The notes: generated from the sequence alone by a model not told the origin. Counted from the stretch's first letter, positions 1-11,224 are shown. The stretch is 64,000 bases of DNA from Macrostomum lignano (GCA_002269645.1 NIVC01000622.1:1-64000), one strand, 5' to 3'. Numbers and translations: made by a program.

Positions 1-823
1 AATCCCATTAAATCCATCCATATTATCCCCGACAGAATCAGAAAAAAAGGGGGGGGTCGCACTCGCTCACAAAACGTCCTCCATAATCCCATTAAATCCA
101 TCCATATTATCCCTGACAGAATCATGAAAAAGGGAGGGGCCGCACTTGCTCCGAAAACTTCGAACATAATCCCATTAAATCCATCCATATTATCCCTGAC
201 AGAATCAGAGCAGGTGTCCACTGATACCCGTTATGCTCACTGACACTGACATAATCCACTGACATCCACCCATAGCATCTTCGAAACAATCAGAAAATAA
301 TCTGCATTCTTATCCCCACATTCGATTCGCAACATGAAACCAGATCCCAAAGACTTTAAATCATCAGCGCAGGGTCCTTACCCTTTGAAAAAAAAATTAA
401 ATTCTCAATAAAAATGTTTCCAGTTGTCTCTCCAGGTTCCTATTATACTCAGCCTCATCCATTGTACAAATCCAAGTACCGATGCAAACTTGAATGCAGC
501 GAATACATGAGAAAATATTGGCCCAACGTTGATATCCATGTCCCTAATATTAATCTAGCTCTCCAAAGACACTGGTTTCATAAGTATGGAGTAGTCATTA
601 ACGATTACGACAGCTACTATAACTTTGAAATCATTAGGCAATTGTGATTTCTTACATTCTCTCAATGATCAACGTCAATACAAACTCTTCACCGTTGAAA
701 TCAACACCCATCCCATCTTCAGTCTCAAACTGTAGCACAATCTCGTGAATCTCCTTATTACTCAATACAACTCTTTTCACTGGATTTGGTTTCTCTACCA
801 CCATCTGTCCTCCAGCAACAGAG
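1..823 (+). repeat. Left terminal inverted repeat (truncated by the window edge); contains three 40-bp direct repeats (1-40, 85-124, 168-207)
   Basis: Reverse-complement match to 24524-25339. Homology ends at ...CCAGCAACAGAG (823). Confidence 0.93.
414..647 (+). CDS. 77-aa orphan protein encoded inside the left TIR
   Basis: AAAAATG start context. The paralog at 24699-24938 is also open and differs by synonymous changes and in-frame indels. Confidence 0.75.
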   Translation: MFPVVSPGSYYTQPHPLYKSKYRCKLECSEYMRKYWPNVDIHVPNINLALQRHWFHKYGVVINDYDSYYNFEIIRQL

Positions 824-1513
824 TTGGAGATGTTGTACAAAATATTCGTTCGCTTTCCCTTAAATACCCAATCAAGACTGAGATTGCTTCTGATTAGAAT
901 ATTCAAACCCTTTACAATGTCTGCAATATTGGGTGCTAAGAACAAACCGCTTACACTTTCCCGGACCATTCTAACAGTCCCGATGCTTGAGTGGCGGTCC
1001 GCGCCGCGGATTCTGCCTTATAAACTTTCTTCTCGAATCCCAGTTCCCTATACCAAGTGTCATCTTTAAACTCAACCTCCGCATCTTTGTGAACTTGCAT
1101 GACCACTCTCATTACAGTGAGATCATAGGTTAGTTTGACAGGGAACAGTTTCTTCTCTGGCTTACTCGCATCAGGTGTCTCAAAATGGCCTCTCTTAGTA
1201 AAGACATTTTCTAGAAAGTAATTGTAGGTATCCACACTTTGCGTGCTCACATGGAATAAAACAGGGTCTGCTGCTGCACCTTTCCATTTGTAATAAAACT
1301 TATTATTTGCTGCCATCACATTGGGAACGTTTGACCAACCAGTGAAGTCGTTAAGATAGACATGGTAATTAGCGCCTGGATCCAGGCTAATCGCCTGCTC
1401 TAATTTTTGAACAAATATCCCGTTTGAGTCATTAATCGCCCAGTTATTGTAATAGGAATGCTCTCCTTGGAGTGCGAAATAATATTGTTTAGTCTTTCGG
1501 CTATAGCTTCCAT
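652..1513 (-). pseudogene. Polinton minor capsid (penton, single jelly-roll) protein, two frameshifts
   Basis: Joined frames read MEAIAERL...AISLDPGANYHVYLNDFTGWSNVPNV...RELGF...LNILIRSNL...VEKPNPVKRV...IHEIVLQFETEDGMGVDFNGEEFVLTLIIERM, the typical Polinton mCP pattern. Confidence 0.85.
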
Positions 1514-1536
1514 TTTTTTCACCACAAAAAAAATAT

Positions 1537-2821
1537 TTAAACTTTACTGGATGAATTGTTGATCATGTTAAGCTTCACCTTCCTCTCAAATGCATAGATA
1601 ATGTACAGGTCCACGGTGTTGCGACAGTCCTCTCAATGTTAGTCACGATATTCACAGGGCTGTTATCAGTAGGCATTTGTCTGGCAGACACATCAGCGCC
1701 AAACATCGGATATAGAGTTCCATATTGAAGAGCAGTGATAGCAATTCCATTGTTCTCTTTCACAGCCAAGTCGACCAACTCGCTGTAAAATTTGCTAATC
1801 TTGTTCTGACTGAAATCTCCATTTTGTGGCAGTGCAGGGTAAAGATTATCACTGATTTCATGCTGAATGGACCGCACGTCTCCATGCATGTAGCGTATAA
1901 TGCTATTTGGGTTTCTCATATTAATAATGATATACCTTGGATTGCTGCATGATCCCTCTTTAATGCAGATATTTGTTCTAGTTTCGTTTCGCTCATCTCG
2001 ACACATGTAGGCCGTGTATGCAACATCAATGTCCTTCTCTATTGCCTTAAGATAATCCGCTTTTAGTGCAGTCTTTGGCTCAATGACTTCCAAATACAGC
2101 TCGATTCCGGTTAGCTTCACCTCCATCCTAGTGTGGTCCGCCCCAGTCCACAACACTCTACTGCGATCATCTCTAGTCAGTCTAAATGTGTAGCTAAAGT
2201 TACTAGTCAGTCGATTAAATGTATTACAGAATCCACTCATGAATCTCAATGGTACAAATACATCAACAGACCGATACTGCGGGTTCTTAGCAGCATCATC
2301 AGCACCTTGCAATGCATAGTTGTATCTCTTCTTCCTATTTTTATAGCCACTGTCATTGATATCTCCTTCTTTTTCGTCTGCAATAAAACCCGCACCACTT
2401 CCAATTGAATAAAATCAGTATTCTCGATCAAACAATGAGCGTCATAGACAATTCCAAAGTTGGCGATTCGCTCCAACTCAGTGCTCCCATTCGATACACT
2501 AAACTCCTTGAACATGTACGCCCAAAAGTTACTGATCAGAGCCACATCCGCATCATGCTTGTCAACGTTAGCACGAGCCGCATCCGCACCACCCTTTGTC
2601 TTGAATTGAAATGTCATATGGAAGCCGCTCCTTAGACTGTGGACACTGACCAAAGACGAACATCCATTGTATGTAAATGTCAGTGTTTGGCCAGGACCAA
2701 GATTAGTTTCATTCTGATTTTCCTGACTGGGAACTCTTACCTGAGTCGCTTTGATTGTGCTATCATCACTCAAAATAGGCTTGTTAATTTTGTAGAAAAC
2801 TGGTGTCAGTGGGTCGTTCAT
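1537..2821 (-). pseudogene. Polinton major capsid (double jelly-roll) protein, two 1-bp frameshifts (about 2410 and about 1615)
   Basis: ILSDDSTI...LISNFWAYMFKE...TELERIANFG...VPLRFMSGFC...LTGIELYLEVIEP...NPRYIII...NLYP...LYPMFGADVS. An alternative frame gives the C-terminus DLYIIYAFERKVKLNMINNSSSKV*. Confidence 0.85.
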
Positions 2822-2851
2822 TTTTTAACTAAAAATAAAATAAAATAAGAA

Positions 2852-4030
2852 ATGAAGCGAAAAAGTACACAGCAGATATCTGAATTGGAGAAGCTAGCAC
2901 AAGCAGAGAAACGAGTTACCGGGCTAATAAATAAGGAGCAACAATCCTACAATGAGTTTGTCCAAGCAGCCACCGAATTTCACAAACCCGGATACACAGA
3001 AGCGAAGAAAAACCTCGACACTGTGAAGGAAGCAGTTGATGATATTCAAGAGAGCCACTTGCAAAACACATTGGGTAAAATCCCATCTTCACCAGGACAA
3101 CCACAGGCTCAGGAACCAGGACAACCGGTGCAGATGAAAGTGACGGATAACTTTTTTGGCCCCGTAGTGGATGATGGAAAATATATTTTTGGAATTAGCG
3201 CCTGGCGAAAAAATATTACCGGGGAACCGGCGGATTACAACATTGAAGTGACAAAGGAAAACATTTCAATCAATAAAGGCGCAAAAACTAAAAGAATCCA
3301 GTTCACTCAAACTTTACTTGATTACATGACTAAAAATCTAGAGAATACGTCTAAAAAGCAGCTCAAAAATTACAAAGATCTTGTTACCTTTGCTCTCGAT
3401 AGGGATATAGATATGCTCAAGAACAACGGTGTTTTGAAAATTTTACATGAAAACGGGATTGTCTTGAACAGATTTAGAAAATACAAATACTTTAAACAAT
3501 GGTTTGGTTTGCCGGATCAGGAAGAGGTCATAAGACAACAACCACAACAACAACAGCAACAACAGCAACCGCCACAACAGCAGCCACATTTTACAGAAGT
3601 ACTCAGGCAACTGGAAAATGCAGATCCGACTCAAGTAGCTAAATATAAAAATGATCACCCAACAGACTGGCAACACTTAGAACAACACTCTCCAGATCGA
3701 ATGAACAGAATCAAGCAAAGAGTTTTCACACCTCAACAAAGACAGGCGCCACATGACAGTTCCATCTCTGAAAGTGAGCAGTCTTTTGGATCACCTCCCC
3801 AGCAGCCACAAGCCCAACCAACTCCACAACCCCAAGACCAACCACCCAAATCTGGAAAAGGAATAGCTGAAATCTACAAGCGAGTAGCGGTTCTTCTAGG
3901 AGCGGCAAAGACCGGAATGAAAGACGAGTATAGAAAAGAATTTGTCAACATCCTGGACAAAATGCTTGAGAGAAAATACATCGATAAGAGGGCGAGAGAG
4001 CTTCTGCTTTCGCGGTTCAACAAAAAATAA
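2852..4030 (+). CDS. Polinton conserved core-type protein (PZ-like) with Q/P-rich linkers
   Basis: Intact 392-aa ORF. EFHKP, FFGP, TQTLLDYMTKN...YKDLV and the C-terminal KRVAVLLGAAKTG...EFVNILDKMLERKYI resemble PZ motifs from memory; not searched. Confidence 0.6.
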   Translation: MKRKSTQQISELEKLAQAEKRVTGLINKEQQSYNEFVQAATEFHKPGYTEAKKNLDTVKEAVDDIQESHLQNTLGKIPSSPGQPQAQEPGQPVQMKVTDNFFGPVVDDGKYIFGISAWRKNITGEPADYNIEVTKENISINKGAKTKRIQFTQTLLDYMTKNLENTSKKQLKNYKDLVTFALDRDIDMLKNNGVLKILHENGIVLNRFRKYKYFKQWFGLPDQEEVIRQQPQQQQQQQQPPQQQPHFTEVLRQLENADPTQVAKYKNDHPTDWQHLEQHSPDRMNRIKQRVFTPQQRQAPHDSSISESEQSFGSPPQQPQAQPTPQPQDQPPKSGKGIAEIYKRVAVLLGAAKTGMKDEYRKEFVNILDKMLERKYIDKRARELLLSRFNKK

Positions 4031-4046
4031 TTTATTTCAAGTAAAA

Positions 4047-4435
4047 ATGCCACTTATTTTCGAAAAAGACATTGACAAATACTATGACAAAGAGGAACTT
4101 AATCTCATTAAACGCGGATCTGGACTTTTCCCTGCAGGCCACTATCCAAGAAAAGAACGCTCTGGAATGGCCTTGCCGATTTGATCGCTCAGGGGGCTAA
4201 GATTTTTAAGGTCATTGGAGAGAACAAAGAGAACATCAAGAACGTTGCCGAAGCGGCTGGCAGTGTAGCCACAGCAGCCAAAAAGATTAAAGATACTGTA
4301 ACACCTAAACAAGAGATTCAACCTCCACTGGCCCCGCTGGCCCCGCTGGCCCCAAACCCAGACAGTGTGGACCCTGCAGTCTATGAGAAGATGAGAGCAA
4401 GCATTAAAAAAGGAAGTGGTTTCAAATTTGACTAA
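4047..4435 (+). CDS. Small virion protein candidate with three GxG motifs and an amphipathic helix; 1-bp frameshift at about 4167
   Basis: Adding one A at TCTGGA(A)ATGGC joins the two ORFs: MPLIFEK...KRGSGLF...RSGNGLADLIAQGAKIFKVIGEN...KKGSGFKFD. Confidence 0.6.
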
Positions 4436-4475
4436 AGGTACTTTCCGAGGGTACAAGAAATGTAAAGGTACAAGA

Positions 4476-4623
4476 CTAGTCCCAAAATGACATACCTAAG
4501 TCCCAAAATGACACATCCAAGTCCCAAAATAACACATCTAAGTCCCAAAATGACACATCTAAGTCCCAAAATGACACATCTAAGTCCCAAAATGACACAT
4601 CCAAGTCCCAAAATGACACATCT
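4476..4623. repeat. 21-bp tandem repeat (AGTCCCAAAATGACACATCTA), about 7 copies, intergenic in the Polinton
   Basis: Directly visible. Confidence 0.95.
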
Positions 4624-4666
4624 TCTAAATTATTTATTATTAAAAAAAATTTCATCATAGAAAAAA

Positions 4667-5468
4667 ATGGACTTTTCAAGCGACTTCAATCCTCACTGGA
4701 CGCGTAATCAGATTAAGTTTTCGCATCACGAGTCAATCCCGAGTCACTTCAGATGCATTGTTGTTGGTTCATCAGGTTCAGGTAAAACATTCAGAGTCTT
4801 TAACATGCTTCTTAGACCTGGCTTTATCGACTATGACACTCTGCACATCTACTCTCCCACACTGTATCAAGATGAGTATAAAATGCTGATTTCTGGATTG
4901 CAAAAACAAACTGAACAAAGAGGACATTATTCAATGTTTTAAAAACCAACAAAACCTTCCCAGTAACCCAGAAATTGTTGCTGCCGAATATGCAAAGCAC
5001 CTCAAAGACAATAAAAAATGGCAGAACATTTAAGTGTTCACCTATGGAGATCCACAGGTGGATCCAAAGACCAAACTTCTACCCCAACCAGATGAGCTAG
5101 AAAAAGGGAGAAAGCATTTGATCGTCTTTGATGATTGTATGACAGGCCCACATAAACAGATAGAGAACTATTTTACAAGAGGGCGACATAACAATTGTAA
5201 TGTAATTTACATTGCACAGAACTGGTTCGAGCTCCCAAACAAAACAATTCGTGGGAACTGCAATCTGATTCTCCTGTTTCCAACCATTCCACAGGACAGG
5301 CTAAAAAGATTTTACAATGAGGTCATTGCGCCTGCCTATTTTATAAATCCAACAAAAAACTCAAACAGAAAGATTTCACAAGAGGAATTTGTTAACCTCT
5401 GCTGCGAAAAGTGGAACCAACCCTATCAGTTTGTCATGATCAACAAGGAAAAAAGAACTGTAATTTAA
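4667..5468 (+). pseudogene. A32/FtsK-type genome packaging ATPase; one frameshift (about 4905) and an in-frame TAA (5031-5033)
   Basis: Walker A CIVVGSSGSGKT, Walker B HLIVFDD, and the motif FTRGRHNNCNVIYIAQNW. Confidence 0.92.
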
Positions 5469-5484
5469 AATTTGCTATTAAAAG

Positions 5485-6231
5485 ATGTCTATTAATTTTG
5501 CAGGTGAATCCATTTCTGGCAACAGCGCTCTTACATCAGCTCAAATATCCATCCTTGACAGGCGATATATCAACAGCGACGAAGAGATCCCAGAGATCAA
5601 ACTGAATAAAAACAGACTGAAAGCCCTAGAGCGCTCCATGCACCAGCTACAGATAAACATAGAAGATCTCCGCATAAAAGTAGCCAGGCAGAAGTTTGAA
5701 AGTGATAAGCTTTATGCGCAGTTTGATCACAGCACTAATGAACTAAGGTCAGAAATAACTTCGGCAGTCTCGCAAATCAACGGTTTAAGAACAAATTTAG
5801 CATCGACAATTAATCTTCTGAGAAACTCCATTGATAGGCGGATGCGCATTCTTGAAGAAGGAGTTTTCACAAACATAGTTAAAGTGAGGAATTTAGAAGA
5901 GTTCATGAACCAGTCAACAGCGTTGCATGATAGAATTAAAGAAAACGTCGCAACCAATACATGTAAAGTGAGGAATTTAGAAGAGATCATGACTCAGTCA
6001 ACAGCGTTGCATGATCAAATCAAAGTAAGAATTACTGCAAATAAAGTCTTTGTAGATTTAGTTTTTACCGAATGGCAGAAATCGTTGAGAAGAATCAGTC
6101 GTCTTGAACGCTTGCATAATCTCAAAAACATTGACGCTGAAGAGGCACCACCACAGACCACAAGGGAAATAAGTGATCCAACCGACTTGTTTGAGATCAG
6201 GCGTAGAATGGAGCTCACAGACAATGAATAG
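5485..6231 (+). CDS. 248-aa coiled-coil protein with an internal duplication (possible fibre/spike)
   Basis: Intact ORF with heptad pattern and the repeat KVRNLEEFMNQSTALHDRIK / KVRNLEEIMTQSTALHDQIK. Function is inference. Confidence 0.65.
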   Translation: MSINFAGESISGNSALTSAQISILDRRYINSDEEIPEIKLNKNRLKALERSMHQLQINIEDLRIKVARQKFESDKLYAQFDHSTNELRSEITSAVSQINGLRTNLASTINLLRNSIDRRMRILEEGVFTNIVKVRNLEEFMNQSTALHDRIKENVATNTCKVRNLEEIMTQSTALHDQIKVRITANKVFVDLVFTEWQKSLRRISRLERLHNLKNIDAEEAPPQTTREISDPTDLFEIRRRMELTDNE

Positions 6232-6342
6232 GCAAATTCGAAGAGACCCGTTGCCGTCACTGCAGACGAAGCAATCAACCGTAAAACAAATCTAACACCA
6301 CCAACTAGTTGTCGATTTTTTTTTTAAAAATTCCCTTAAAAA

Positions 6343-7014
6343 ATGGATGCTCAAAATTCTCTTTATGATCCGAATGCTCCCACAGCACCTAGTGCACCCC
6401 AATATGAGCAGCAAAAACTCTACCCCGTCATTACTTGTAACTCTCAACAGTTTCGACTGGTGGAGATTCAAAAAATGCGCGATGATCTTGAAAAAAATAT
6501 TTTCCACAACACAAAGAAAATTAAGCGCTATGACAACCACTGTAAATTTTTCGACTACAGCAATATGATTCTAGGATCTGTGTCTGTTCTATCTGGATCT
6601 GCTGCAGCTGTCTCAGTGTTGCCAGCCATCACAGTCCCAATCGCAATTCCACTTGGTTCAGTAGGTGCTGCATGTGGACTTATTTCAGCAATTACTGGAG
6701 CAGTAGCGCGAAACAGGCGAAAAAAACTAAAGCAGCTACAGGAGAAGCAAGTAAAAGAGAAAGGGGTGCACACATCAATCATAGGGTACATTTCAAGGGC
6801 AATCGAGGATAAGTTCATTTCAGAGGACGAGTTCAAAACCATTCAGGATCTTTATGAACAATCAATTCGAATGAACTTGAACATGGTCGGTACTGAGGAC
6901 ATGAGTCAGCTGAGAAATGAACTCGAGAAAGTTTTTCAACATTATGCGGAAAGAAAGTCGGCAAGAAATTCGGCAAGAAATTTGGCAAGAAGGACGACGA
7001 GAAATGCACAATGA
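6343..7014 (+). CDS. Conserved Polinton membrane-associated protein (GasderminX-like of adintoviruses)
   Basis: LYP...FRLVEI...KKIKRY, a central G/A/S-rich hydrophobic hairpin, then RKKLKQ...ISRAIEDKFISEDEF. Confidence 0.65.
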   Translation: MDAQNSLYDPNAPTAPSAPQYEQQKLYPVITCNSQQFRLVEIQKMRDDLEKNIFHNTKKIKRYDNHCKFFDYSNMILGSVSVLSGSAAAVSVLPAITVPIAIPLGSVGAACGLISAITGAVARNRRKKLKQLQEKQVKEKGVHTSIIGYISRAIEDKFISEDEFKTIQDLYEQSIRMNLNMVGTEDMSQLRNELEKVFQHYAERKSARNSARNLARRTTRNAQ

Positions 7015-7018
7015 ACCC

Positions 7019-7420
7019 TTATGAAACACAGCCAAGAATAATTTCCTTGTAGGTCTTTCGTGTTTTGGTCATTGCATACAAAACAGTCATGCACAGCTCA
7101 CCGCAAATATCACTGCTAAGACCTTGGAGAATAAAGTCTGAGCGATAAATTTTTTTATTATTTTTTCCCTTCATATAATTTCTTAGCTCTTCTGGTACTG
7201 CCGTCCCATAGCCATCGAAGTAATAACACTTGTGCTTGCCATCGGGATCAATCACCCAGCAAACCCAATGAGATCCTGGCTTATCGGTGGTGTCAAAGTT
7301 CATGATGCCGCATTCTTTTCTTAGAGGAATATCAGGCAGAGTGTCCCTCATAAATATTCCTCTAAAGTTTGGGATTTCCAGTTAGTTAGCCAAATCTTCA
7401 AGAAAGTTATTTGTCGTCAT
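7019..7420 (-). pseudogene. Adenain-like cysteine protease with an in-frame TAA at codon 13 (7382-7384)
   Basis: IPNFRGIFMRDTLP...GIMNFD...PGSHWV...YYFDGYG...LQ...DICGELC. The upstream ATG at 7420 is in frame. Confidence 0.92.
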
Positions 7421-7493
7421 TTTTTATGAGGTTTATTAAACTTTCTCTCAAACCTAAACCTAAACTTCACCTCCTAAACCTAAACTCCACCTC

Positions 7494-8157
7494 CTAAACC
7501 CAACTTCCACCTCCTAAGCCTAATCTCCAATGCCCGAACGGCAGACTGTTGATATTGTCATCAAAAATGAATCTCTTGTTATCTGCACCTGACAGTCCAA
7601 TCTTCTTTTGCTGAATTGTGTGAATAATATGGTTTTTAGATTGTAGCTTTGAGAACTCATGTGATGTCTTTTTGTTGCAATTCAAGGCGTCTCTGTATTC
7701 AGCTTCATTAATTTCCTTCCTAACCACACGTTTCGGAATTCCCTTTGATTTTTTAATTGGGTCTGACGACTCACATTTTACAAAATAGGACTTTGCTCTC
7801 AACCCAATGAATTCAGTGATTATGTCACCAGCAATCTCGTCCTTCATTTTCCCAATCACTTTCTTGTTAGTGGCGTCAAACACTTGATCGCCATTCTGTG
7901 TCCTGCAAGATTCATCATACTCAGACAAGTCAAACAAATCTTTTTGCTGCAGCATGTCCTGATAAATGTCTTCTGTTTGAATATCCATAATAAAACTGTC
8001 TGTGTCAGTGTACAAGAGTTTCATTTTATCCTTGTACTGCTGCTTCATGCCATAGAAGAACTGGTACATCAAACGTTTTGATTCGTCGAGAACAGTGACA
8101 CCTGTATAGATCGGCTTGCGCAGCGTCACCTTGGTTTTGTAAAATATGATCACACCT
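7494..8157 (-). pseudogene. polB: Protein-primed DNA polymerase B, 3' part (after the retrotransposon insertion)
   Basis: KPIYTGVTVLDESK...LLYTDTDS...GKMKDE...LRAKSY...KSKGI...DNKR. Rejoins the 5' part in frame once the insertion and one TSD copy are removed. Confidence 0.95.
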
Positions 8158-8256
8158 GACTTACTTCTTTGACTTAGCTGCAGGGCTGTCCCGGAGGGGA
8201 CACAGCGGGAAGGCGCGGGCGCCCATTCCGCTAGTCCCTGAACGGCCGACGCGTCG

Positions 8257-11224
8257 CTATGGACGGAGGGTTGGCGCCGCCCAGGGAGGTCCCCCAGTGT
8301 CGCCAGCAGCTATGGTGCTCTCTGGAAAGGAGAGTTCAGCCCTGCGGGTGGCCCGAAGGTAGCGCATGAGCTGATTAAAGTTTTCGGGTTTGCACGCTTC
8401 AGTAATAGATGTGTGTGGCCCGAGGTAAGTGAGTCTGGCCCGCGTGAAGGCGGGACAGATGCTGACGAAATGCTCAGCGGTTTCGTCACCTGAGTTGCAG
8501 AAACTACAGGTGGCGTTGGTGGCGTTGCCCTGCAGGTACTGGTGCCTGGAGAAGCAGCCGTGACCAGAGAGGGTCATGGTGGCAGCCCGGATGTCTCTGC
8601 GCGAGAGGCGCAAGAGGAGCTTCCGGAGCTGGTGAGAGGGCTGAGGGACAGCGCCTCTGAATTGCCTGCAGTTCGTGCGGTTCGCCCAAGTCGAGCGGTG
8701 CTGAGTCCTGATCCACGCTTTGATGCGCGAGTCGATGACACAGCCAGGAATCGGGACAAGAGGTTCGGGGCCGAGAGAGGAGCCGGAGGCACCAACTTTT
8801 GCAAGGGTGTCAGCCAACTCATTTCCTCGGATCCCCACATGCCCCAGAACCCACTTAAGGGTAATTTTGTTGGCGGAACCCAACACATTGAGGAGTTTGA
8901 TACAGTCAAGGACTGTAGCAGAGTTGGTGCTGCAGCCACTGATGGCGTGCAAGGCAGCTTGGCTGTCCGAATGGAAAATGATGTTCTTACCAGTAACGCC
9001 AGTGGCGAGAAGCTCTGCAGTGCAGGAGCTGATGGCCAGAACTTCATTTTGGAAAACACTGGAGTTGACCCCAGTGTATTGAGCGTGGGTAGCGATGACC
9101 CTCCCGTTCAGAAAGATTCCAACACCAAAGCCGGTGTTGGCTGACTGCTTAGAACCGTCGGTGTAGCAATGAAGCTCACCAGGGTTCCAATGGTCATTGA
9201 TGTTATCGCGCGAGTCGATAGCTACGGAGTAGCGCTGTCTCAGGTTGAGCGTTGAGGCAATGCCATCGGTGAAGACGCGATTGGCCTGACACTCGTTGAG
9301 AAAGTTGAGGCACAGATCGCTATGCGGGACAAGGTTCCGCTTAGCAGGTGCTCTCATGTAAATGAATTTGACGCCGGCATCAATTAGACGCCGCGTCGTT
9401 CTAGCCGCCTCACCCCTGATGAAGAGGTCAAGAGGCGGAAGATTAAGGAAGGCCCCCATGCCAGCAAAGGGCGTGGACCTGGTGGCGTTGCAGATGAGCC
9501 TACACGCTCTGCCTTGGATCGTGTTGAGCAGGTCTGCATGGCTTTTGACCTGGGTAGCGCTAACCCAGACAACAGAGGCGTACGTAATGGCAGGTCTAAC
9601 TACGGAAGTATAGATCCACCAAAGCCGCTTTGGGGATAGACCCCAAGAAGTGCCAAGTGCTCGTCGGAGCTGGGCCAGGATGGCTGAGGCACGCTTGGCT
9701 TTTGCTTTCACGTGGAAGGACCAGTTGAGCCGGTGGTCAAGTGTGACCCCGAGACATCTGGTCTGGTGCGCGAAGGCAATATCTCTGCCGTAGAGCTGCA
9801 GAGGACGTATGTTCCAGCGTAGTCTGCTGGTAAACATAATGGCAACGGTTTTGGGCTCAGAGAGTTCCAGACCATTGTCATTGGCCCAGGATTCTGCTTT
9901 GCGGATAAAGCTCTGCATCAGATCCCTGAGCGTGCTGGGAGACGGTCCTGCCACAATGGCCGTGACGTCATCAGCATACCCGACTTTGAAGACGGGGTCG
10001 GGTCGGGAGTCACTCAAAAGAGCGTCCATGACCAGGTTCCAGAGCGTCGGGGTGAGGACTCCGCCTTGGGGTCCACCCTTACAGACTCTGGTGGAGGCAG
10101 TTTGCCCAAGAAGTTGGGCAGTGACCGTACGGTTGGAGATCATGTACATGATCCACCGTATGAGGGTAGCATGAGCTTTGCGATTTTGAAGGGCCCTCTG
10201 AAACGCTTCAAAGATAACGTTGTCGAAGGCGCCAACAATGTCAAGAAAGAGAGCCAGAGCGTAACCGTCACCCAGTACCGCCCTTTCAATCTTCTCGACA
10301 ATCGCATGCAGGGCGCTGTCAGTCGACCTCCCGGTGCGGAAGGCGTGCTGATTATTGCTGAGGGGCATCGCTGTCAGCTCGCAGGACAGCAGCCGCCAGA
10401 GAATAAGCCTCTCAGTGAGCTTAAGCATTGCTGACGTTAAGCTAATAGGCCGGAAGGCCTTGACGCTTTGGTAGTCACCCTTCCCAGGTTTGGGAATAAA
10501 GACTACCCGAGCTTCAGTCCAGCATTTGGGAACGTATCCCAGCTGGATAGAGGCCCGCATGAGATTGCGGGTGAGTCTCAGGAACGAGGGTATCTTGGCT
10601 GCTTCACGAAGGAGAACAGGGTAGATACCATCAGGTCCAGGAGATTTGAAGGGTTTGAAGGTTCTGACCGCACGAGCGATTAGGTCTTCAGTGACAATGC
10701 CCGCCGCTAGGGTGGCTCCATCCATCGAATGGTTGGGCTCCGGTCTAGCAGTAGGTACCCTCGGAAGAATGTGCTAAGCATATGCTGAAGCACTTCTTCA
10801 GGGTCTTTAGTAAGAGAGCCATCATCTTTTTTGATCATGGCTAATTTGGACATTTTGTCCATTGTAAGGGCCTTGACAAGCCTAGAAGTAGGTCTGTCTT
10901 GATCCAATTCATTGCAGAATTGGCGCCACTTACATTCCTTGGCCTTGCGCACTTCAGATTTGAAATTGCGGGAGGCTTGCCGGAAAAGCTCCATGTCCTC
11001 CGGGTTTCCGGTCTTCATGGCACGGCGATGAAGGCTTTTGGCCTTCCGCCTGAGTTTCCCCAGCTCCGGGTTCCACCACGGCGCCGAGGTCTTGCCTCTG
11101 TAGGCGCGAGCAGGACAAGCCGCTTCGTAGGCTGCAATAATGCAACCTGTCAGCGTCTCAGCCATATGATCCACATCCTCGCAGGTCTCAATCGGACGTA
11201 AGTCCGTGAGTTCCTGCAGGTGCA
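8257..11224 (-). CDS. Retrotransposon ORF2, 3' part: reverse transcriptase, RNase H, C-terminal zinc finger; 1-bp frameshift at about 10765
   Basis: PWWN, KSPGPDGI, FRPISL, FLDIVGAFD, GPQGGVLTPTLWN, YADD; RNase H CYTDGSK...SDSQAAL...WVLGHVGIRGNELAD; CSFC...ETAEHFVSIC. Confidence 0.95.

Noticed and set aside
1-207. CRISPR-like pattern: three 40-bp repeats with 43-44 bp spacers
   Set aside because: The spacers are homologous to each other, the array is mirrored in the other TIR, and there are no cas genes in this eukaryotic context. It is a subterminal tandem repeat.
5031-7384. Alternative genetic code (TAA read as an amino acid) to explain the in-frame stops
   Set aside because: TAA is the normal terminator of several neighbouring genes, and a TAG also interrupts the integrase. 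Point mutation is simpler.
7445-7525. Telomere-like TTTAGG repeats at the polB end
   Set aside because: This is a degenerate repeat of about 21 bp overlapping the Gly-rich stop region, not at a junction and not a canonical array.
8504-10683. Many overlapping and antisense ORFs over the RT region (also over ORF1, 15814-17230)
   Set aside because: These are shadows of GC-rich coding sequence with no motifs of their own.
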